DNA of 64,000 bases, from NCBI RefSeq assembly GCF_022539665.2, contig NC_081333.1, positions 1,364,001 to 1,428,000 on the forward strand, in the 5' to 3' direction. Source of the DNA: Daphnia carinata (Eukaryota). Each line of letters begins with the position of its first letter. Position 1 is the first letter of the stretch. The translations under genes and the position numbers were made by a program. This document shows, piece after piece, positions 25,184 to 35,451 of the stretch. The notes beneath the pieces are model-generated. The model searched no databases. It saw nothing but the letters and a program-made list of their open reading frames with translations, and was not told the origin of the DNA.

Positions 25184-28100
25184 TTAGCCAAACGTTTGAC
25201 ACATCAGAGCTATGACGAACAGGATCGCAGGGCAAAACCTCCAGAATTCCGATTTTTGTGAAATCCCTGCAGAAAATATACAGACAAACAATGCTTACAT
25301 GCTTGACCTATATTTTTTTATAAAGTGTAAATCAAATTCACCAGCATTGACGCCGGAGCGGCTGTCTAGCGTCAAAGACCTCTGTCTGGGATAGTCACCG
25401 TTAATGGATGCATCGGCGATGCTAATGTTAACAACCGTCCGTCCATCGATGCGCATCCTTCCGACGCTAGCCGTGCATGTAAGCTTCATCTTTCCTTTCC
25501 GATCAAAATGCGCATCTCTGAGCTTCAAATGTAAACCGACGACAGAAGCTTCCAGGCCGCCGTCCGTCAGTGTGGATGGATATTGTATTAGTTCCTCTTT
25601 CATTACCTATAATTAAAGTGCAATGCCATAGTTGTGAGAAAAGCATAATGCGAAACGTTCGACCATTTAGTTCATTGTTTCATTATAAAAGAGCCAGCGA
25701 AAAGTTGGTATATGATAGCGACACACGAACCGCTGGCCTGCGCACATCACGTTCTCATATAGTTTTTGAAATCATGTTTAATACGAGCTAACGTGTTCGT
25801 ATGGGGATAGCGTGAATAGGTTTGACTCACGTCACGTTCCAAGTTGAATATCTTGCATGAATTCATCATATTGAAAATTTCAAGAGAAAACCTGAGGATC
25901 CGTGTCCACAAAGAGCGCGTTATTCCATTCTGAATTGAATTTCAGAGATGGGAGTGGATGCCATCAGTTTTATGGGAAAAGCGTGCGCAAAAATCGTTTC
26001 TATGAATACTAGGCCTTAAATTCCATAATATTTGAAGAGCAGCGTACTTGCGCTGGATGAACGGAGTTACGATTCTATGCAGCATTTACCTGTAAATATC
26101 GACATATTGCCAATATCTTCTGAGAATACTCGTTCACTTTGAATTACATTCTCAACAAACCATTGCCATTATCACTAAGCTTTAGATATTCATAGATAAT
26201 TGATCCATCAACTAGAAGAATAGTGCGGTACAATCTAGAAAATCAAAAGTGCGAGATGTGTTAAAGCTTTTACCGGTTTGTCGCCAATCGTCCAGGTAAT
26301 CGTGGCTGGTGGTCTCGATGGAAACGACGAACAATTAGCCGTGAATTCTTCTCCAATACGATAGACAGTTTTAGGTGAATTAATTACCGGTGAATCTCTT
26401 GGTGGAACTGCGATTCAATCAAGAACAAAATTATCAGCAACATAAGCTAAAGCAGTAAATCTGAACTACAACTAGAGCAGTATTGCACAATCGACGTATG
26501 AGAATTTGAAAAAGACACTAGCTATTATCGATTTTTCGCGAATGTACCATAGGAAAATAGCCGCTATTAAATTCCGCAGCATACAAGAGTATAGACATGA
26601 ATTCCATTGCATCGATGTTAGGCCAAATCGAAATCGAAACGTCCATTCTAATCTGATGCTCAGTGAACTGGGCGGAACTTGAATAGATGCATCATATCCT
26701 TGCCTCTGCATACACAATTTCAGATACTGTCTGGACGATAGAACAGAACGGAAGAATTATTCACAGTTGGTGGAGCTGCTCCCTTTTTGCAAGTGACAGT
26801 TAAGAGCCCCACCCGATTTTTGTTCTCTGCCAGCGTTAAGCGTGTTAGCGTTGAACCTATATACAGATTGCGTTAGATTTCAATCAGCTAATGGTGTTCT
26901 ACACTTCTGACTATTCGATCCGAACGCTGATGCTATACGCTGACGGTTCACTGAACGCCTTGTCTTTGCACAGTCAAAAGAGCGTGCAGATTGTCGGCCC
27001 ATGCATGATGTTTCTTTCAAGGTTGACGTTCATTAGAAGCTCTTTGTTTTCACCCTCGGTTTATAGTAATGTAACTCTCCACCGTTGAAAAGGACTACCG
27101 GGTTTCCAAACGAGCTCTTTTTTTTCGCAGTCGAATTAAAGCTTTGCTTGCGTCGCGTAATCAATCTTAATTCAACATCATCCCAAGCCCCTACGTTTAA
27201 AGGTTGGTCACTTGATTTCGCTATTGTCAATATGTGCAAAGGGCCGTAACGTTATTATTGCTGCCATAGCTATACGGCATTCGTATTCCGCAATTCTATG
27301 TGTGCCTATTTAAGTTTTACGATTCAGCATTCCGTCGAAATGTTTTATAATAAATGAGGGCTAGAAATGCATTGGTACCCACCGACAATACTCATTTCAG
27401 CGACGTCGTAAACTGTTTGAAAATTTGGTGATTCTGCTGAGACTTCGCACTTGTAGCGGCCCTGTAAACATAACCCCAATTATTGTTTGGCTGATATTTA
27501 TTTTTATTTCATCGAACAAAATATGTCATGCCTCGCTCTTGAGATTTAAGTTTTCCAGGACGACTTGATTCTGATCTGACGCCGCCAACTGAATACAAGA
27601 AAAAGATACACAAAATAAGATTGAAAATATACGTATTAGACAAATGTAAAGACTAAACAGACTAGGAAAACTGTTGAGATTCATAAACAACGGAAATACG
27701 AGAAGAAGAGAGCGAAAGAATGGGAAGGGAAAAACCATCGATCAATCAGCAGACCGCGATGTTTTTAGAAAGTCGTACGCCTTAAAGAGTGAGACGTAAC
27801 TCTCGAAACTGTCATTCTCGAATGTTACATGGGCGTTTGCTTACGTTGACTTGGACTCCTTCGACACTGAAAGTCTGGGCTGGCGGTGTATCCTTTGGAA
27901 CAACACGAAAGAATTCCTTTCCACCTATAAAGACGAAGTTCAAATGATGTACAGTACATATCAGTCAACACGCTCCAATAAATAGATCAACACACGCTAT
28001 AAATAGTAGAATTACAAAGAGGTTGTATACTCCGTTTTATTACCTTTGTACCATTTGACAGAATAAAGGGTGTCGCCTTCCATTTCAAATCGGCATCCCA

Positions 28101-30406
28101 ATACCGCTGAACGTCCTCTTTCCACTTCGGTCGGGACTTGCACTTGTAGCAGTTTCAAACCGTCAACGCCGTAATACCAACTGCACCCTGTATAAGGAAA
28201 GTATGCAAGGATGAACAATTGAATTACAGTGTCTGCACAAGTGGGCGGCAGATTCCAACCGCCCTCAACAAGTTGAATTGATTTCTTAAATTTAGCTATC
28301 GATCGTATTCAAGCCTACTGATATCGCACAAGATAATATTTTTCACTGTTTGAGAGAAAGAGATAAATAAGGTCCATATCAACTGTGTTAAACTGTGCTA
28401 TGTATAGCTCGTTCGCCTGTAATACATAAGTCTCGAAGACATGATTTGACAACCAGAAGATATAGTCTATTCCCCCCCCCCTTCCCCCCATTGATGTCGC
28501 TGTTATGTAGTAGCTATGTAAATCAGGTAGAGGTAATCGAAACGGTGTGGTGCAATGAACAAGATCGGGAAACTACATAAATAAATGTATCACTGGCTGT
28601 AAACAAATCATTGCTTCGCCATTTCTGGTTGCGTCGATAGCTCTTTCTCTCCTTGTAGAGATGAAACTTATTCCTTTGAATGATGAAGTTATATATAGGA
28701 TGGCATCAAAGAAAGTCAAAGAGACCGCCTGAAATTTGTTCCACCACGGCATATTTAGAATTTGAGACTATATGTATATACCACCACGTGTGTGATTTCG
28801 GGGTTAAACTTGTTTCTTTTTTCTCTTCACGTGCATTTTGAAATTTACATAAGCCATGGTGTATAGCAAACATAATGCATTCAACTTTCAGCAAGTTATT
28901 CCGATTTCGCATCTGGATTCTTTTCAGACATGTTTTTTTTTTTTTTTTTTTTTTTTACGCGAGTATGTATAGAGCCAAGCTATTCATCTAATCAGAATTT
29001 ATCCTTACTACCATCCGTATAGCTCCTTTTGATCTGTACGATGGGGCGAAACAGCTGGGCGAGAGTCGACTATTTCGTTTAGGTTGACACTTTTATAGTC
29101 GCATGTAAATCAATGAATTTCATTCAGTTATACATCCCTTTTTCTTTCTTTGCCCTCTATATGCATTGGGAGAGGAGCCGAATAAGAAGGCAAGCAAGCC
29201 CTAACACAGATTTACTTACACGGTTAAAATATTCACTATATGGATCTATGCTATTTTTTATGTCTTGTTTAATACATAAAGCTTTAGTCGCTATACATTG
29301 GCTTTTGAAAACGTTAACTTGCAATGCAAATAAATCTTTTATTTTCATCATAATAATTAGTAGGCTATTTTAAATAATTGGCTACGGAGTTAATGGACAA
29401 CGAAGAAGGGCCAATGTAATACTAGGCTTACGTTCAACTTTTTTAGTAGACGCATTTGGACGCCTCATTATTAAATAATAAGGCCCTACTATAACCGCTT
29501 TTTAGTTTTATGTCCTCTTTGTTAAGACATCATCACAAAGCAAGTTGCTAATAAACCAACGCGTTTTTCGAAAGAAAACTTTGTTTATATTTTATACTAC
29601 ACGTATAACCTTTTGGCTGAATGTGAGCAATCTTCAAAAGAGTTGTGACATAACACATATATTCATCAGGGGCCGGCATAACACAGATTTCCGGCCTATA
29701 GGATATGGCACAAGTGCCATCCTTGCATATACTGTATATACACGGGCGATCCATCAAACGATAGTGACGTGCACAACAAGCTATTCATCAAGTCAAGTAA
29801 GCCGAGAGCTTTCCGAACGGGTAAGCGACTGCCCGTATATTTCCTGTAAATTCTAGAGATCCATATGAGGCAAATTGCCATTTCACCTGGCTGGAACCAT
29901 TTATTCGCCCGTTTCAATTCCAATGGCGTTGCAGTTCCGTGGGATCATCAACTATATATAAGGTGAACGCAATTCGTCACACTCTCAATTTGGTTGCAAC
30001 TTATTGATTCAAATGAATAGGCAATTCAGTTAAAACCTATTAAACAGTGTCTTGAGTCTAGAAGTATTTCACTTTGACGTTATTCTAACCCCCTTTTTCC
30101 CCTTTGAGAGCATAAGATCCTGATCTTATGATAACGGCACTACGACGATGGCAAGGGAGAATGTCGCAGGCCATGAAGACGCCCTTTTGTATAGCGCCGT
30201 CTTTTCTCTTTGCCTTTAAAATACAATGGAAGAGATTCGTTAAACCTTCAAGTTGTTCCAGTACTTCAAAGAAGACGAAAAACGTGCTTTCAGTAATTGA
30301 AACAAACATGAAGAAAAAAAATACTGCTGGAACAACAGAGCAAGAAGAACAAAAGCGAGTACAGGAACAAATAGGGAAGCCGTAAGCGGATCATTCCACT
30401 CATCAT
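25184..30406 (-). CDS. Beaten path (Beat)-family two-Ig cell-surface protein, ~307 aa. Exons 30406-30325 (putative signal exon), 28187-28044, 27924-27845, 27588-27532, 27461-27383, 26407-26274, 25606-25342, 25266-25184
   Basis: Beat signatures VPTEVERGRSAVLGCRFEMEGDTLYSVKWYKGGKEFFR, GRYKCEVSAESPNFQT, ANCSSFPSRPPATITW and KMKLTCTASV, with a hydrophobic C-terminal tail (GPI or TM-like). Exon phases sum to 924 nt. The first exon is less certain than the rest. Confidence 0.88.
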
Positions 30407-32034
30407 CGCAAATGTACCTTCTTTATAACACAACATCAAGAAAATAAAAAAGTCTGCAAAATCGATGAAAAACACTGTATGCCAATCGATTTGTCTCTCT
30501 ACATGTTTTCTCGTGTGCAAGAACTCGTTTAAGCTAATGATTATTAGACATCTTTCATTTGAAATTGATTGCACTGTTTGAACAATTGAGGGCAAGTTAA
30601 GGCAGGATTGTGATTGGGAATTCCATCAATGTCAGCCGCTTTACGACTGTGCTATTAGAGGCTGACGATGATGCGGACAGTCGAAAGAACAATGTTTAAT
30701 TACAATTTGGGAATTACTGTAACGTTTGGGCATTGAAACTGCCACCCGTTATGTCACAAGCGTTTGCTCTATGGCGTCGTAAACTCTACACACAAACACC
30801 GTACATGTAGGGTAACTCAAATTAAAAGGAAAGTTTTGCGCCCCTTCCAACTTTTTAATCAATAGTCGAGCCTTTTCCACTTAACACCATTTAATTGTCG
30901 CATTAAGGACATTTATCCGTTTGTGTTTCATCGTTACGCACAGGCACTCTATTTGATCAAATCTTTTCCTATTGGTCGTTTGGAGACAAAGGATATACCC
31001 ACCGACGTTACATTCGAAACGGAAACCACAATCATCATCGGACGGATGTTTAGTTTGAAACGATTAACAGCTATGAAAAGGATTGTTTTACGACAAGTGC
31101 GAAAACGTATACTGCAACGTGATTCTCGTTCCAGCAATTGAGGTCAATGGCAATTAAAACGGTCTAGACAGTCGGTGTTGGCCCATTTATGAATTCAACA
31201 CCATTTTGCTGCGAGATCAAAATATACGGCCTTGGCCGATAACTTCGCAGTGGAATGACATGACATTAAACGGGTAGAAAATGTGCCCACATCGTTCTCA
31301 ATAACCTCGACACGAGAATCTGACTATGAATGTCCCATAGATCAATATGGGTTATTCAATGATCGCTTTCGTGATTTTGACTGTTATTTATGTGCAACCA
31401 TATGAATCCATGGCTGACTGTTTCATCCGGGCCGTATGAACTGACATCGTTGTGTATAAATCCAACTTTTTTTTTTCTTTTGAAATTCAACTTCGCGATC
31501 AGCAGCGCGTAGGATACGAAAGGGACAAGGTGAATTCACGGATGTGCGGAGACGTCTTTGCAAACGCCAGCGCAGTCCAAAAGTTATGGTTAGGTGTAAC
31601 CAGAAGCCATTAAAAGTTCCTTTTGTCAAAGTCAGTGTAGCGAGATTTTTATCATCTGTTTTTTTTTTTTTCTACGTCTGAAAAGCCAGAAATCTTTCTC
31701 GCACTTGTGTACAAGAACAGGAACTTGTTGCAAATGGAAAGCAGGGAAAGTGAATATTTTTTTTTTCTGAATTATGAATAAACATAACTTCTCGTTTCCA
31801 GTTAAAGCCTCTCATTTTTCTTTTTTCCTCGTAGCCTATCCGACTAATTATCGAAGTATGTCGACATGTTTTCCTATTTCCTGCTAAAGGTATCTTGATC
31901 GTGCGTGCTTCACGACAAATGGCGAAACGTTGAACCATACGCATTCAAATAAAAAAAGGAAAACAAAGAAAAAGAAATTCAAAAAACTCTTCCATTAATG
32001 TTTGCATAATCAATACGTCCTCCAAGCTGTCGAG

Positions 32035-32040
32035 TATAAA
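32035..32040 (+). promoter_or_regulatory. TATA box of the Gly/Tyr-rich prepropeptide gene
   Basis: TATAAA about 100 nt upstream of ATG 32138. Confidence 0.6.
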
Positions 32041-32137
32041 AGAATGCTACGGCCCGCTGGTTAGAACACCAACACTCGCTCATTTCTGAGTAAAAACATA
32101 GTTGTGACAAACGCTCTCCTTCTTTCGGAAAGACACC

Positions 32138-33022
32138 ATGAAAATCGTGCTGGTAGGTGATTTCCGTGTCATTGCATTCGATTTAAGGGACTTATATGTG
32201 TAACACCGGTAACAAAAACTCTGCGCCTCCTGCATTTGTGATTGCTTTTCGTGGAAAGCTTGTAGTGTTCACTTGTATATAAGCCTATCGATTCATGTAA
32301 CACTGTCAGACATTTGTTTGCTCTCTCATGCTGACATTATTATTACGAATTTTGCCTGATAAAATAAGGCTGCCTGTTTTAAATATCAATTCGCAATTAG
32401 ATGCACAAATTTTCAGCTAACGTGAAGTGAAATGCTCCTTAGTTACGTATTTCATTAGCATTGAATTGTATGATAACTCATTCTTTGTTTTTTCATATAA
32501 ATTATGTACAGTTGGCCTTTTGTCTAGTGCACTTGGCAATGTTTGCGTCCGTTTCTGCAGACGAAAAAGCGGATCAAGCTTCCGCTGAATTTGCTGCCGG
32601 AATGGAGGGAATGAATTACAACGGCGATGAAACCAAACATCGGCCAATCTTCATTCTACCCCGACCTCCGGTACATAAGGAATAGCATTTATAACATCAC
32701 ATACCGTTTCCACTCGTCTGACGTAATCCCTATTTTCATTGATATACACAAATTATGTAGATCTATGGTGGCTATGGCGGATACGGAGGTTTCCGTGGGT
32801 AAGTCTAGATTTTCGCGATATTACATGTTTTTTTTGTTTTTTTATTATAAGTAAACATTCAATTTTATTATAGGGGATACGGTGGCCATGGTGGTTACGG
32901 CAATTACGGGTAAATGCAAAAATTTCTATAAGGAAAAAATTGAATTTCTATATGACACATTTGTTTTTGTTTTTTCTTATAGAGGCTATGGTGGATATGG
33001 CTTCGGACCATATTATGGTTAA
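32138..33022 (+). CDS. Small secreted prepropeptide, 95 aa, with Pro-rich then GGY-repeat mature region. Exons 32138-32152, 32512-32670, 32761-32798, 32874-32909, 32983-33022
   Basis: Spliced translation: MKIVLLAFCLVHLAMFASVSA-DEKADQASAEFAAGMEGMNYNGDET-KHRPIFILPRPPIYGGYGGYGGFRGGYGGHGGYGNYGGYGGYGFGPYYG*. All four introns are GT-AG and frame-consistent. Confidence 0.9.
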
Positions 33023-35002
33023 AGAAGGTATTAAATCATATGTGTTCACCGTGTCTGTACTATTTGACTATCAATGTACGATATATAGAAATCGTGATCC
33101 CGCTCTGCCAACTAGCTCTTACGGACCGTCCAACGTCATACGGCTTACGGACAAATATTATTATAGCCAATCGAACACAGCATTTGAAAGCGAATCCTAA
33201 TAGCTACATATGTTTTGATATCTCATTTGTCTAAGCTACTTCCGCACATACTACTATGCTTTTTGTTTTGTACTATTCCCGGTTCCCTTCATTTTATACA
33301 ATAAAAAATGTCACCTCGTGGCAATCAACTGTGCCTTTCCATCCTACGCATTCGGATCTAATTGTCTTTAGACAACCCACGGCATCCAGGAGTTCCCGTT
33401 CGGCCAAATTCCAGCTCGATTCTGTTCAACAGTTGTCAAGGTGCCATGCGAACTTGTGATGTTACATACGTTCGTTAGTATACAAATGATATTTCTAGAA
33501 CATTCGTCTAATCTGTCTAATATACGCATGACCATTAAAATCGGGATTATTTTTCAGAAAAAAACAAAAACAAACGTGACATGAAGTTTGACACAAGGTG
33601 ATGACAATGCTTCCCTTTTTTCATGCAGATTAAAATGGCAGATAAAAGATTGGAAAGCCTATCTACGACGTGATTAGATTTTCAAAAGTTTTAACCTGTT
33701 TAGATGTCTTATTTCATTTTCAGAGAAACGACGCCAAATTGAAAAACGTGATCTTTTGTTTGCTATGCTATGGTGACCTCAGAAGTAAAAACGTGAGTTG
33801 GCAATGTCTAACCAATTCGTGTGCGCAACATTCGACACATTTTTTATGTCGTGTTAAATGTATAGGGGGACAGAAGACGAGGCGAACGAGTACGACTGTA
33901 GTTAATTAGAAATCTTTTATCGCATAATTGGGTTTCATATTTTGGCAACTGACATCGTGAACTGTCTCGGGAAGAGGGGCGTGTCCTTCAGCGTGCTAGC
34001 CTCTGGGAATTTCAAACTAATTTTCTTCCTCGTCCTGTTTGAAATGCCATCTGACTGACAGAAATAGCCGCGTCGATGGAACTAAAAATAACGTTCAGTC
34101 AAGTAACCATTGATAAACTCAATGCACAATAGGACATAACATAGGGGCTTGTATACACATCTTTAAAATTCTACTTGGTAGTTAAAACGCTTGTTGCTCA
34201 ATCTCTGCATAGCCATTACAGTGTTTTTGTTTTCCTTTTTCGAAGCATTCGGCTCTGATACTAAAGATTCATTGTAGTGTCGTTTAACTTGTAAATGTAA
34301 ATCTAATTAAACGTAGTTCGGCCGTCGAAGTTGTTTAGAAGATTGCGTCGAATCTTTCAGTTGCAATACACTTGAAAAATCTTTTATCTGAAATGGCCTT
34401 AAGTTCGCAGCCTTCACTTGTCTAAAACAGACATCTTGGCACAATAGTTTTGAATCAACAAGCAAGTCCATGGCGGATGAAAGGCTATCTAAACTTTCCG
34501 TTAAACTTTTCACGTGTCTTTCTGCGCAATTGTTTTGTTTTCAGAGGTGGATCATTCAAGCAGGGCTACACCCGCCACTGTAGTTGCAATGTGTTGAACA
34601 TCGTGAGAACAAAGTCTTTTTACGTGATTAAAAATTGATGCGTGTCGTTGTTTGAACAAGGTGTGGTTTCAATGAACCTTGGCCTTATTGCAGACTATGC
34701 CTCAAAATTCCTTCTGCAGAAATGAGAAATCAAGTGAAAACGTTCATCTGTACGTTGCTCAATTACTAACGAACCAAGGCATGTTACGTAAGCCAATGTT
34801 ATCCAACGTAGTTTGGGCGAACATTCCCGTGTTGTTGTTTTTAAAATCTAAGTAGGCTACCTTCGGAATCACCTGATTTTTCTAGTTTAACTTTTCATCT
34901 TATCATCGGCACACTGACGATGGGCATAGAATTTTTAAGCATAACTCATATTAACATGTTTTAAAGGTCGCGTTCATAACTTTCACTCTTCTTGTCATCC
35001 TT

Positions 35003-35008
35003 TATAAA
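35003..35008 (+). promoter_or_regulatory. TATA box of the Trp/His-rich prepropeptide gene
   Basis: TATAAA about 105 nt upstream of ATG 35112. Confidence 0.6.
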
Positions 35009-35111
35009 CGGAGATCATCGACTTAACTGAACTCACAATTGATCGTCAGGTCCAAAGCGAACCTTCTCAATCAAAACAGCGTTAAATTTAACGTCAATTT
35101 CTTAAACAGAA

Positions 35112-35451
35112 ATGAAATCATTCCTCGTAAGTCATGGGTTCTTCTTATTTTCGGTTCTCTGATATAGACATTGTGTGATGTCTTTGTTTATAGATTGCGA
35201 CTTGCTTGGCTCTGTTCCTCATCGGAACATGCGTGGCGATGGATGCCGATGCGTCGGCGGACAAGCCAGCCCACATTTTAATTCCGGACAGGGAAGCTCT
35301 AGCCATGGAGGGGGCGGATCAAGACCTTGCCGAGACGAAACATTGGTGGTATGGACACAAATACGACTGGGATAACAAAAAACACGGGGACCACAAGGGC
35401 GGACACTGGGAAGGCAAAGAAGGAAAAGCCTGGTGGTGGAAATGGCATTAA
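35112..35451 (+). CDS. Small secreted prepropeptide, 90 aa, with Trp/His/Lys-rich mature region. Exons 35112-35126 and 35194-35451
   Basis: Spliced translation: MKSFLIATCLALFLIGTCVA-MDADASADKPAHILIPDREALAMEGADQDLAET-KHWWYGHKYDWDNKKHGDHKGGHWEGKEGKAWWWKWH*. 67-nt gtaagt..tag intron. Confidence 0.9.

Noticed and set aside
26048..26089. Possible 42-nt stop-containing poison exon in a Beat intron (cag|GTAAATGCTGCATAG...|gtacgc, minus strand)
   Set aside because: Only splice-like dinucleotides support it; such matches are expected by chance.
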